From: Escherichia coli
Lineage (GTDB): Bacteria > Pseudomonadota > Gammaproteobacteria > Enterobacterales > Enterobacteriaceae
Assembly (NCBI RefSeq): GCF_003334255.1
Contig: NZ_QOWU01000066.1
Reading direction: 5' to 3' (one strand)
DNA length: 23,307 nucleotides
The notes below the pieces were generated by a model. It worked only from the letters and a program-made list of their open reading frames with translations, was not told the origin of the DNA and ran no database searches. The position numbers and the translations under genes were made by a program. This document shows, piece by piece, positions 1 to 8,976 of the stretch (the first letter of the stretch is position 1; each line of letters begins with the position of its first letter).

Positions 1-78
1 AGCTGATAGAAACAGAAGCCACTGGAGCACCTCAAAAACACCATCATACACTAAATCAGTAAGTTGGCAGCATCACCC
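1..78. other. Vector-derived segment: reverse complement of the pACYC184/Tn9 spacer between cat and the p15A origin (GGGTGATGCTGCCAACTTACTGATTTAGTGTATGATGGTGTTTTTGAGGTGCTCCAGTGGCTTCTGTTTCTATCAGCT)
   Basis: Recognised from memory of pACYC184-family vector sequence; identity appears exact across all 78 nt and stops abruptly at 78/79, where the vector continues GACGCACTTTGCG but the window continues AGAACCCGCTCTGG (bdm). Not confirmed by search. Confidence 0.7.
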
Positions 79-259
79 AGAACCCGCTCTGGTTAATGCC
101 ATTGAGCAAGGCCTTCGGGCACAGCATGGTGTTGTCACTGAAGATGACATTCTCATGGAGCTGACCAAATGGGTTGAAGCTTCTGATAACGACATCCTCA
201 GTGATATCTACCAGCAAACGATCAATTATGTGGTCAGTGGCCAGCACCCTACGCTTTAA
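79..259 (+). pseudogene. bdm: bdm (biofilm-dependent modulation protein) 3' portion, about codons 13-71; start codon and promoter replaced by vector-derived sequence
   Basis: Frame-2 translation gives ...EPALVNAIEQGLRAQHGVVTEDDILMELTKWVEASDNDILSDIYQQTINYVVSGQHPTL*, matching the recalled Bdm C-terminal 59 residues. There is no in-frame ATG/GTG/TTG upstream of the internal Met at 155-157; the frame stays open back to position 2 through the vector segment. Confidence 0.65.
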
Positions 260-360
260 GGTGCTATGCTTGATCGGCAACCTAATTTAGGGGTTTAGCA
301 CGTGTTTCTTCGCTACGGCGATGTTGTCCTTAAAACTAGCTACAGGATTGAGGAGTTAAA

Positions 361-498
361 ATGAAATCGAACCGTCAGGCACGTCATATTCTTGGACTGG
401 ACCATAAAATTTCTAACCAGCGCAAAATAGTTACCGAAGGTGACAAATCCAGCGTAGTAAATAACCCAACCGGCAGAAAACGCCCCGCTGAAAAGTAA
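361..498 (+). CDS. sra: Stationary-phase-induced ribosome-associated protein Sra (30S subunit protein S22), 45 aa
   Basis: ATG at 361 preceded by GAGGAG; translation [45 protein letters not shown] matches recalled Sra. Absent from the ORF track, which appears to omit ORFs under 60 aa. Confidence 0.85.
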
Positions 499-529
499 TT
501 CATAACCATCAGTCCTCAATGACGATTAA

Positions 530-563
530 ACACCATTGCCTGCGCAATGGTGTTTTTGTTTTT
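530..563 (+). terminator. Rho-independent terminator after sra
   Basis: Perfect 10-bp stem ACACCATTGC (530-539) / GCAATGGTGT (544-553), 4-nt loop, followed by TTTTTGTTTTT. Confidence 0.7.
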
Positions 564-654
564 ATCTGCTTTATACTTGAGGCCGACGCCCTGGCGGTAA
601 AGCAAAGACGATAAAAGCCCCCCAGGGATGGATATTCAAAAAAGAGTGAGTGAC

Positions 655-2352
655 ATGGAACCAAAAACAAAAAAACAGCGTTCGCTTTATATCCCTTACG
701 CTGGCCCTGTACTGCTGGAATTTCCGTTGTTGAATAAAGGCAGTGCCTTCAGCATGGAAGAACGCCGTAACTTCAACCTGCTGGGGTTACTGCCGGAAGT
801 GGTCGAAACCATCGAAGAACAAGCGGAACGAGCATGGATCCAGTATCAGGGATTCAAAACCGAAATCGACAAACACATCTACCTGCGTAACATCCAGGAC
901 ACTAACGAAACCCTCTTCTACCGTCTGGTAAACAATCATCTTGATGAGATGATGCCTGTTATTTATACCCCAACCGTCGGCGCAGCCTGTGAGCGTTTTT
1001 CTGAGATCTACCGCCGTTCACGCGGCGTGTTTATCTCTTACCAGAACCGGCACAATATGGACGATATTCTGCAAAACGTGCCGAACCATAATATTAAAGT
1101 GATTGTGGTGACTGACGGTGAACGCATTCTGGGGCTTGGTGACCAGGGCATCGGCGGGATGGGCATTCCGATCGGTAAACTGTCGCTCTATACCGCCTGT
1201 GGCGGCATCAGCCCGGCGTATACCCTTCCGGTGGTGCTGGATGTCGGAACGAACAACCAACAGCTGCTTAACGATCCGCTGTATATGGGCTGGCGTAATC
1301 CGCGTATCACTGACGACGAATACTATGAATTCGTTGATGAATTTATCCAGGCTGTGAAACAACGCTGGCCAGACGTGCTGTTGCAGTTTGAAGACTTTGC
1401 TCAAAAAAATGCGATGCCGTTACTTAACCGCTATCGCAATGAAATTTGTTCTTTTAACGATGACATTCAGGGCACTGCGGCGGTAACAGTCGGCACACTG
1501 ATCGCAGCAAGCCGCGCGGCAGGTGGTCAGTTAAGCGAGAAAAAAATCGTCTTCCTTGGCGCAGGTTCAGCGGGATGCGGCATTGCCGAAATGAGCATCT
1601 CCCAGACCCAGCGCGAAGGATTAAGCGAGGAAGCGGCGCGGCAGAAAGTCTTTATGGTCGATCGCTTTGGCTTGCTGACTGACAAGATGCCGAACCTGCT
1701 GCCTTTCCAGACCAAACTGGTGCAGAAGCGCGAAAACCTCAGTGACTGGGATACCGACAGCGATGTGCTGTCACTGCTGGATGTGGTGCGCAATGTAAAA
1801 CCAGATATTCTGATTGGCGTCTCAGGACAGACCGGGCTGTTTACGGAAGAGATCATCCGTGAGATGCATAAACACTGTCCGCGTCCGATCGTGATGCCGC
1901 TGTCTAACCCGACGTCACGCGTGGAAGCCACACCGCAGGACATTATCGCCTGGACCGAAGGTAACGCGCTGGTCGCCACGGGCAGCCCGTTTAATCCAGT
2001 GGTATGGAAAGATAAAATCTACCCTATCGCCCAGTGTAACAACGCCTTTATTTTCCCGGGCATCGGCCTGGGTGTTATTGCTTCCGGCGCGTCACGTATC
2101 ACCGATGAGATGCTGATGTCGGCAAGTGAAACGCTGGCGCAGTATTCACCATTGGTGCTGAACGGCGAAGGTATGGTACTGCCGGAACTGAAAGATATTC
2201 AGAAAGTCTCCCGCGCAATTGCGTTTGCGGTTGGCAAAATGGCGCAGCAGCAAGGCGTGGCGGTGAAAACCTCTGCCGAAGCCCTGCAACAGGCCATTGA
2301 CGATAATTTCTGGCAAGCCGAATACCGCGACTACCGCCGTACCTCCATCTAA
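655..2352 (+). CDS. maeA: NAD-dependent malic enzyme (565 aa)
   Basis: ORF 628-2352; malic enzyme motif [11 protein letters not shown] and Rossmann motif [10 protein letters not shown]. Start set at ATG 655 (MEPKTKKQ...) to match the recalled 565-aa protein; the track start at 628 adds 9 residues. Confidence 0.93.
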   Translation: MEPKTKKQRSLYIPYAGPVLLEFPLLNKGSAFSMEERRNFNLLGLLPEVVETIEEQAERAWIQYQGFKTEIDKHIYLRNIQDTNETLFYRLVNNHLDEMMPVIYTPTVGAACERFSEIYRRSRGVFISYQNRHNMDDILQNVPNHNIKVIVVTDGERILGLGDQGIGGMGIPIGKLSLYTACGGISPAYTLPVVLDVGTNNQQLLNDPLYMGWRNPRITDDEYYEFVDEFIQAVKQRWPDVLLQFEDFAQKNAMPLLNRYRNEICSFNDDIQGTAAVTVGTLIAASRAAGGQLSEKKIVFLGAGSAGCGIAEMSISQTQREGLSEEAARQKVFMVDRFGLLTDKMPNLLPFQTKLVQKRENLSDWDTDSDVLSLLDVVRNVKPDILIGVSGQTGLFTEEIIREMHKHCPRPIVMPLSNPTSRVEATPQDIIAWTEGNALVATGSPFNPVVWKDKIYPIAQCNNAFIFPGIGLGVIASGASRITDEMLMSASETLAQYSPLVLNGEGMVLPELKDIQKVSRAIAFAVGKMAQQQGVAVKTSAEALQQAIDDNFWQAEYRDYRRTSI

Positions 2353-2358
2353 GCCTGC

Positions 2359-2382
2359 GCCCGGTAGTGAAGGCTACCGGGC
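2359..2382 (+). terminator. Hairpin downstream of maeA, possible terminator
   Basis: Stem CCCGGTAG / CTACCGGG with 6-nt loop, followed by a pyrimidine/T-rich tract (CTATTTCCCTCTCCCTTTTT). Confidence 0.4.
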
Positions 2383-2485
2383 TATTTCCCTCTCCCTTTT
2401 TCAGATCTCATCCATACTGGGTAGTGGCGAATAAATCTCATTTGCCTCACCTGCTATGCAGAACATCATCCGAAAAGGAGGAACT

Positions 2486-3496
2486 ATGAAGGCTGCAGTT
2501 GTTACGAAGGATCATCATGTTGACGTTACGTATAAAACACTGCGCTCACTGAAACATGGCGAAGCCCTGCTGAAAATGGAGTGTTGTGGTGTATGTCATA
2601 CCGATCTTCATGTTAAGAATGGCGATTTTGGTGACAAAACCGGCGTAATTCTGGGCCATGAAGGCATCGGTGTGGTGGCAGAAGTGGGTCCAGGTGTCAC
2701 CTCATTAAAACCAGGCGATCGTGCCAGCGTGGCGTGGTTCTACGAAGGATGCGGTCATTGCGAATACTGTAACAGTGGTAACGAAACGCTCTGCCGTTCA
2801 GTTAAAAATGCCGGATACAGCGTTGATGGCGGGATGGCGGAAGAGTGCATCGTGGTCGCCGATTACGCGGTAAAAGTGCCAGATGGTCTGGACTCGGCGG
2901 CGGCCAGCAGCATTACCTGTGCGGGAGTCACCACCTACAAAGCCGTTAAGCTGTCAAAAATTCGTCCAGGGCAGTGGATTGCTATCTACGGTCTTGGCGG
3001 TCTGGGTAACCTCGCCCTGCAATACGCGAAGAATGTCTTTAACGCCAAAGTGATCGCCATTGATGTCAATGATGAGCAGTTAAAACTGGCAACCGAAATG
3101 GGCGCAGATTTAGCGATTAACTCACACACCGAAGACGCCGCCAAAATTGTGCAGGAGAAAACTGGTGGCGCTCACGCTGCGGTGGTAACAGCGGTAGCTA
3201 AAGCTGCGTTTAACTCGGCAGTTGATGCTGTCCGTGCAGGCGGTCGTGTTGTGGCTGTCGGTCTACCGCCGGAGTCTATGAGCCTGGATATCCCACGTCT
3301 TGTGCTGGATGGTATTGAAGTGGTCGGTTCGCTGGTCGGCACGCGCCAGGATTTAACTGAAGCCTTCCAGTTTGCCGCCGAAGGTAAAGTGGTGCCGAAA
3401 GTCGCCCTGCGTCCGTTAGCGGACATCAACACCATCTTTACTGAGATGGAAGAAGGCAAAATCCGTGGCCGCATGGTGATTGATTTCCGTCACTAA
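2486..3496 (+). CDS. adhP: Zinc-dependent alcohol dehydrogenase, propanol-preferring (336 aa)
   Basis: Strong RBS AAAGGAGG 7 nt before ATG 2486; Zn-ADH motifs GHEGIGVV and [13 protein letters not shown]-binding GLGGLG. The track start at 2456 adds 10 residues without an RBS. Confidence 0.93.
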   Translation: MKAAVVTKDHHVDVTYKTLRSLKHGEALLKMECCGVCHTDLHVKNGDFGDKTGVILGHEGIGVVAEVGPGVTSLKPGDRASVAWFYEGCGHCEYCNSGNETLCRSVKNAGYSVDGGMAEECIVVADYAVKVPDGLDSAAASSITCAGVTTYKAVKLSKIRPGQWIAIYGLGGLGNLALQYAKNVFNAKVIAIDVNDEQLKLATEMGADLAINSHTEDAAKIVQEKTGGAHAAVVTAVAKAAFNSAVDAVRAGGRVVAVGLPPESMSLDIPRLVLDGIEVVGSLVGTRQDLTEAFQFAAEGKVVPKVALRPLADINTIFTEMEEGKIRGRMVIDFRH

Positions 3497-3641
3497 GAGG
3501 CCTTTGCTGCGACTGCCATGTTCGGGTCGCAGCATCGCACACTCTCCAACATGAAATGGCTAAATGGATTATTGTTGCGTAGGAAGGAACAATAATGATA
3601 GTGTTCCCAGTGAAGGAACGCTACTGAGAGTAAAGACACTA

Positions 3642-3926
3642 ATGAAAATGGCCAATCATCCCCGCCCGGGGGACATTATTCAGGAATCACTGGACGAACT
3701 TAATGTCAGCCTGCGCGAGTTTGCCAGAGCAATGGAAATTGCTCCCTCAACGGCAAGCCGATTGCTGACAGGAAAAGCAGCTTTGACGCCAGAAATGGCG
3801 ATTAAACTTTCCGTGGTGATCGGCAGTTCGCCGCAAATGTGGCTGAATCTGCAAAACGCCTGGAGTCTGGCAGAGGCAGAAAAAACAGTGGATGTGTCGC
3901 GATTACGCCGTCTGGTTACGCAATAA
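3642..3926 (+). CDS. yddM: HigA-like / XRE-family helix-turn-helix protein (orphan antitoxin-like regulator), 94 aa
   Basis: Translation [67 protein letters not shown]... shows an HTH typical of HigA/VapI antitoxins. The track ORF extends 26 codons further upstream (3564). Confidence 0.8.
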
Positions 3927-3928
3927 AA

Positions 3929-3954
3929 AAATGGCACTTTATAAAGCGCCATTT
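3929..3954 (+). terminator. Hairpin immediately after yddM, probable terminator
   Basis: Arms AAATGGCACTTT / AAAGCGCCATTT pair with a single mismatch around an AT loop; A-run before and T-run after. Confidence 0.45.
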
Positions 3955-3978
3955 AGAACTGATGACAAACGCAACATT

Positions 3979-4076
3979 GCCTGATGCGCTACGCTTATCA
4001 GGCCTACACGTTCACTGCAATCTATTGGATTTGAAGGGTTTTCATGCCGGATAAGGCGTTCACGCCGCATCCGGCA
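3979..4076. repeat. BIME: two REP (repetitive extragenic palindromic) units
   Basis: GCCTGATGCGCTACGCTTATCAGGCCTAC (3979-4007) and TGCCGGATAAGGCGTTCACGCCGCATCCGGCA (4046-4076) are classic E. coli REP sequences; a near-identical pair recurs at 21189-21264. Confidence 0.75.
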
Positions 4077-4106
4077 TGAACAAAGCCTACGTTGTCTACA
4101 ATATGA

Positions 4107-4133
4107 AAATGGCGCCTTTTACAGCGCCATTTT
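4107..4133 (-). terminator. Terminator hairpin downstream of fdnI
   Basis: AAATGGCGC (4107-4115) / GCGCCATTT (4124-4132) with 8-nt loop; on the minus strand the stem is followed by a T-run. Confidence 0.5.
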
Positions 4134-4154
4134 CAGCTTAAAGTTCAAAAGAGA

Positions 4155-4808
4155 TTATATCCCTTCTTCACTCTCTTTTTTCGCTTCTGCCTTCTCGATT
4201 TCACGATACCAGCGCGGATGGTGTTTCTTCGCCCAGCGACGACTTACCTTCCCTTCGATCATCCCTTTAATCGATCCTTTCACCCAAAATGCCATATACA
4301 TATGGATCAGGATGGCGTGGATCAGGATGATACCCGCAGCCGCGTGGATCAGCAGGCTGTAGCGAACAACCTGCATCGGGAAGTACTGCGCAAAGTACGG
4401 ACGCCAGATAATCACCCCGGTCACCAGCAGCACGAAAATCATGCTCATGATCGACCAGAACATCATCTTTTGCCCGGCGTTGTACTTACCGACATCCGCC
4501 ACTTTATGCTCATTGCCTTTCAATACTTCGACAATGTTCAACAGCCACGGAATATCTTTCTTATCCGGGATGTTGTGATGCACAAAACGCACAAACATAA
4601 ACATCAGTGCGACGAAAATCGCAATGCCGAAGAACGGGTGCAAAATGCGTCCCATCTGCGGCGTACCGAAGGTTTGCGTCAGCCATTGCAGCGTCGGGAA
4701 GAAGAACGAAATCCCGGACAGCGCCACCAGGAAGAAGCAAATCACCACGGTCCAGTGACAGGCGCGATCAATAAATTTGGTGCGCACAATCATTTTCGAC
4801 TTACTCAT
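4155..4808 (-). CDS. fdnI: Formate dehydrogenase-N gamma subunit (cytochrome b556), 217 aa
   Basis: Translation from [22 protein letters not shown]...; hydrophobic helices and conserved His residues. Start at 4808 overlaps the fdnH 3' end by 8 nt. The track start at 4850 adds 14 residues. Confidence 0.9.
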
Positions 4809-5685
4809 GATGATCCTCCTCGTCATCGTCCACTTCCTTATTCGGGCCAATACCGATGTAGTGGAAAATCAACCCGGCAAAAGTGGCAATAAAGCCAGCC
4901 GCTGCCAGCGGTTTCAACGCGCCTTTCCACAGGCTTACCGAGGTGTCGATCTTCGGATCTTTCGGCAGACCGTGATACAGCTCCGGCTGATCGGCGTGAT
5001 GCAGCACGTACATAACGTGCGTACCACCGACCCCTTCCGGGTTGTAGACGCCAGCATGTTCGTAACCACGCGCTTTCAGTTTCGCCACGCGCTGTTCCGC
5101 CAGCTCCAGCATCTCCTTCTTGGTGCCGAAGTGGATAGCCCCGGTCGGACAGGTTTTCACACAAGCCGGTTCCTGGCCGACGCTGACGCGATCGACGCAG
5201 AGCGTGCATTTATATACCCGGTTATCCTCTTTGTTGAGGCGCGGAATATTAAACGGACACCCGGCAATGCAGTAACCACAGCCGATGCAGTTTTCCGACT
5301 GGAAATCGACAATCCCGTTAGCGTACTGAATGATTGCACCAGCAGACGGGCACGCCTTCAGGCAGCCGGGATCTTCACAGTGCATACAGCCGTCTTTACG
5401 GATCAGCCACTCCAGCTTGCCGTTCTGTTCGGTTTCGCTAAAGCGCATCACCGTCCAGGACTTGGCGCTCAGATCGGCGGGGTTATCGTAAACCCCGACG
5501 CAGTGCCCCACTTCATCACGGATGTCGTTCCACTCCGAACACGCCACCTGACAGGCTTTACAGCCGATACAGGTGGAAACGTCGATAAGTTTTGCGACTT
5601 CTGCTTTGTAATCACGCACCTGAGAAGGCGGCGTGATGGAGTTAGTTGCGGACCTTTTGATAATGTCCTGCGTTTCCATAGCCAT
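4801..5685 (-). CDS. fdnH: Formate dehydrogenase-N beta subunit (4x[4Fe-4S] ferredoxin), 294 aa
   Basis: Four Cys clusters ([58 protein letters not shown]) and a C-terminal hydrophobic anchor; GGGGG Shine-Dalgarno in the 12-nt gap after the fdnG stop. Confidence 0.95.
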   Translation of the reverse strand: MAMETQDIIKRSATNSITPPSQVRDYKAEVAKLIDVSTCIGCKACQVACSEWNDIRDEVGHCVGVYDNPADLSAKSWTVMRFSETEQNGKLEWLIRKDGCMHCEDPGCLKACPSAGAIIQYANGIVDFQSENCIGCGYCIAGCPFNIPRLNKEDNRVYKCTLCVDRVSVGQEPACVKTCPTGAIHFGTKKEMLELAEQRVAKLKARGYEHAGVYNPEGVGGTHVMYVLHHADQPELYHGLPKDPKIDTSVSLWKGALKPLAAAGFIATFAGLIFHYIGIGPNKEVDDDEEDHHE

Positions 5686-5697
5686 CTGTTCGCCCCC

Positions 5698-8600
5698 TTA
5701 CGCCTTCTCGATGTTGACTAAGAACGCTTTATATTCCGGCGTTTGCGAGTTTGCATCACCGACATTCGGCGTCAGAGTGTTAGCGATATAACCTTTACGC
5801 GCGACACCCTCAAAGCCCCAGTGGATTGGAATACCCACCGTTTCAACCTGCTGACCATTTACATTCAGCGGTTTCAGACGACGCGTTACCACAGCCACCG
5901 CGCGGATAAAGCCACGCTTGCTGGAGACAGTGACACGATCGCCATTATTAATGCCTTTCGCCGCCGCCAGCGTTTCGCTGATTTCCACAAACTGTTCCGG
6001 CTGAGCAATTGCGTTGAGCAATGCGTGCTTGGTCCAGGTGTGGAAGTGCTCGGTCAGACGATAGGTCGTACCCACATACGGGAACTGCTCTTTTTTACCC
6101 ATCCGCAGCGCGTCTTGTTCATACAGACGAACAACCGGGTTAGACACCACGTTCGGATGCAGCGGGTTAGTGCCCAGCGGCGTTTCAATCGGCTCGTAGT
6201 GTTCCGGGAACGGACCTTCCGCCATTTTGTTGATGGCAAACAGGCGTCCCATCCCTTCCGGCTGCATGATAAACGGCCCGGTTGGCGTACCCGGTGCGGC
6301 ATTGCCGAAGTCAGGAATATCGTTACCCGTCCACTTGCTGCCGTTCCACTGGATCAGCATCCGTTTCGGATCCCACGGTTTACCGTTGATATCCGCCGAA
6401 GCACGGTTGTACAGCACGCGACGGTTGAGCGGCCACGCCCAGGCCCATCCCAGCGTATTCCCCAGACCGGACGGGTCGGAGTTATCGCGGTTAGCCATCT
6501 GGTTGCCCTGCTCTGTCCAGCTACCGGTGTAGATCCAGCAAGAAGATGCGGTTGTACCGTCATCACGCAGATGCGCAAAGCTACTCAGCAACTGACCTTT
6601 CTTCGCAATAAGCACGCCATTAGCGTCATAGAGATCTTCCAGCGCGTAGCCGTTGTTCTCTTTAGCCACTTCGTCAGATTGCGGTTCGTGCGGCTGCTTG
6701 TAGTTCCAGCTCATCTTCATCAGCGGTTCTACGCCTTTACCACCTTCGGACTGGTACAGCTCGCGCAGATGATGGTAGATACCCGCCAGAATTTCACCGT
6801 CGTTACGCGCTTCGCCCGGCGCGTCCTGACCTTTCCAGTGCCACTGCAACCAGCGACCGGAGTTAGCGATAGAACCATCTTCTTCAGCAAAGCAGGTCGA
6901 AGGCAGACGGAATACTTCAGTCTGAATAGACGCCGGATCGACATCGTTCGACTCACCGTGGTTCTGCCAGAAGGTAGAGGTTTCAGTCACCAGCGGATCG
7001 ATAACCACCATGTACTTCAGCTTGCTCAGGCAGCTCACCACTTTGTTTTTGTCCGGGAAGGACGCAACCGGGTTAAAGCCCTGGCAGAAATAACCGGTGA
7101 CTTTGCCTTCATCCATCATGTTGAAATACTTGATGACGTCGTAGGTCTGGTCCCACTTCGGCAGCCAGTCATAGCCCCAGTTGTTCTCTTTCTGCGCGGC
7201 ATCGCCATAGAAAGATTTCATCAGGCTAACGAAGAACTTCGGATAGTTGCTCCAGTAGTTCACCTGATCAGCCAGCGTCGCTTTCGGCGTGTTCGCTTCC
7301 AGATACGACTGCAAATCAACCTGTTTTTCTGACGGCAGCGTCAGATAACCTGGCAGGCTGGTAGAGAGCAGGCCTAAGTCAGTCAAGCCCTGAATGTTGG
7401 AGTGACCACGCAATGCGTTCACGCCGCCACCGGCCATACCCATGTTACCGAGCAGCAACTGGATCATCGCCATAGTACGGATGTTCTGCGCACCCACAGT
7501 GTGCTGCGTCCAGCCCAGCGCGTACAGGAAGGTGGTTGTGCGATCCGGTGCGCTGGTGGAGGCCAGCACTTCACACACTTTCAGGAAGTCGGCTTTTGGC
7601 GTACCGCAGATGTTTTCAACGACGTCCGGCGTGTAGCGGGAAACGTGCTCTTTCAGCAAGTTCCACACACAGCGCGGATGAGTCAGTGTTTCATCGCGTT
7701 TCGCATAGCCGTTTTCATCGAACTGATAGTTCCAGGACGATTTATCGTATTGACGTTTTTCAGCGTCGTAGCCGCTGAACAGACCGTCTTCGAAAGCAAA
7801 ATCATCACGCACCAGCAGGCTGGCGTTGGTGTAATGCTTAACGTATTCGGCGTTGATTTTGTTGTTTTCGATCAGGTAGCGCAAAACGCCAGACAGGAAC
7901 GTAATGTCCGTACCGGAACGAATAGGCGCGTAAATATCCGCCACAGAAGCGGTACGCGTAAAACGGGGATCGACAACGATCAAGGTTGCGTCGTTGTTGT
8001 TTTTCGCTTCCATCGCCCAGCGGAAACCGACGGGATGCGCTTCAGCAGCGTTACCGCCCATCACCATCACGACGTTAGCGTTTTTGATATCCACCCAGTG
8101 GTTGGTCATCGCACCGCGACCAAATGTTGGAGCAAGACTTGCTACCGTTGGTCCGTGTCAGACGCGCGCCTGGTTGTCTACCGCCAGCATCCCGAGGGAG
8201 CGGGCAAATTTCTGGGTCAGCATCCCGGTTTCGTTGCTGGCACCGGAGGCACACAGCATACCGGTAGAAAGCCAACGGTTTACCGTTACGCCCTGCTCGT
8301 TCTTTTCAATAAAGTTAGCGTCACGGTCAGCTTTCATCAGCTTCGCAATACGGGAGAATGCTTCTTCCCAGCTAATGCGCTGCCATTTGTCAGAACCTGG
8401 CGCACGATATTCCGGGTAGCGCAGACGGTTTTCACTGTTGACGTAATCCAGCAAACCGGCCCCTTTCGGGCACAGCGCACCACGGCTTACCGGATGATCC
8501 GGGTCACCTTCAATGTGATAAATCGCTTCTCTGGCGTTTTTTGCGCCATCACCCAGGCTATACATCAATAGCCCGCAACCTACGGAACAGTATGTGCAGG

Positions 8601-8745
8601 TGTTACGGATCTCTTTAGCGCGTAATAATTTGTAGTTTCGCGCCTGAGCCAGTGCTTGCTTCGGGGCAAAGCCCAATGCCGCTACTGTTGTTCCAGCCAT
8701 ACCGCCCGCGCAGATTTTAAAAAATTGTCTGCGACTGACGTCCAT
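5698..8745 (-). CDS. fdnG: Formate dehydrogenase-N alpha subunit, selenoprotein (1015 aa; Sec encoded by in-frame TGA at 8160..8158)
   Basis: Track ORFs 8158-8745 (195 aa) and 5698-8109 (803 aa) are in the same frame, separated only by the TGA; read-through gives ...VDNQARV-U-HGPTVASLAPTFGRGAMTNHWVD.... Tat signal MDVSRRQFFKICAGG; Fe-S motif CTYCSVGCG; RBS AGAGGA upstream of 8745. Confidence 0.95.
8115..8157 (-). other. SECIS-like mRNA hairpin directly 3' of the UGA-Sec codon
   Basis: On the minus strand, UGA CAC G-GACCAA-CGGUAGCAAGUCUUGCUCCAACAU-UUGGUC-GC: GACCAA (8153..8148) pairs with UUGGUC (8123..8118), placing a stem-loop a few nt after the UGA as bacterial SECIS elements require. Confidence 0.55.
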
Positions 8746-8809
8746 TGCTTTCCTCTTTTTTCAGGGGTATTACTGCGCGAGGAAACTAACAGTAAAATTC
8801 TGAATCTTT

Positions 8810-8823
8810 TTGCGCGAAATCAA
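8810..8823 (-). promoter_or_regulatory. Putative FNR site in the fdnG promoter
   Basis: Minus-strand TTGAT-TTCG-CGCAA against consensus TTGAT-N4-ATCAA, centred about 70 nt upstream of the fdnG ATG, consistent with the -42.5 position of class II FNR promoters. Confidence 0.5.
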
Positions 8824-8870
8824 AAAGAACATCTGTTTGCCACAAAATAATCCGCCTTCGCAAATTGACC

Positions 8871-8886
8871 TACCTCAATAGCGGTA
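8871..8886. promoter_or_regulatory. Putative NarL 7-2-7 heptamer pair upstream of fdnG
   Basis: TACCTCA-AT-AGCGGTA resembles the inverted NarL heptamers TACYYMT-N2-AKRRGTA; it lies about 60 nt upstream of the FNR site, consistent with recalled nitrate activation of fdnG from around -100. Confidence 0.4.
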
Positions 8887-8903
8887 GAAAAACGCACCAC
8901 TGC

Positions 8904-8933
8904 CTGACAGGCCAGTTAAAAAAATGCTATAAA
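8904..8933 (+). promoter_or_regulatory. Candidate sigma70 promoter for yddG
   Basis: CTGACA (8904-8909), 18-bp spacer, TATAAA (8928-8933), about 45 nt upstream of the yddG ATG. Sequence-only guess. Confidence 0.3.
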
Positions 8934-8976
8934 ATTCAGCTTAATTTTTAACGGCAAGAGAGACAAAACAGCGAGC

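Noticed and set aside
56..280. 74-aa minus-strand ORF
   Set aside because: Antisense to the bdm fragment and runs into the vector-derived segment; no RBS; the plus-strand frame matches Bdm.
628..654. Longest-ORF starts from the track (maeA 628, adhP 2456, yddM 3564, fdnI 4850, narU 12044, narZ 13499, yddH 22247, pptA 23133)
   Set aside because: In each case an internal ATG with a better-placed Shine-Dalgarno sequence gives the recalled protein length; the extensions lack an RBS.
3551..3595. 14-codon ORF ([14 protein letters not shown]) between adhP and yddM as a possible toxin remnant or leader peptide
   Set aside because: Too short, no RBS, no similarity I can recognise; mentioned only in the context of the orphan antitoxin.
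4777..5721. 314-aa plus-strand ORF, and 4218-4892 (224 aa)
   Set aside because: Antisense to fdnH and fdnI respectively; His/Arg-rich nonsense-like products; the real genes on the minus strand have clear Fe-S and cytochrome b signatures.
5743..7332. 529-aa plus-strand ORF
   Set aside because: Lies entirely antisense to fdnG, whose identity is unambiguous; Arg/Val-rich low-complexity translation typical of shadow ORFs in GC-rich genes; no RBS.
7402..8571. 389-aa plus-strand ORF
   Set aside because: Antisense to fdnG across the Sec codon region; same shadow-ORF character.
8158..8745. Treating the 195-aa ORF as a separate small Tat-signal protein or a truncated pseudogene
   Set aside because: It is in frame with the downstream 803-aa ORF across a single TGA with a SECIS-like hairpin; this is the FdnG selenoprotein.
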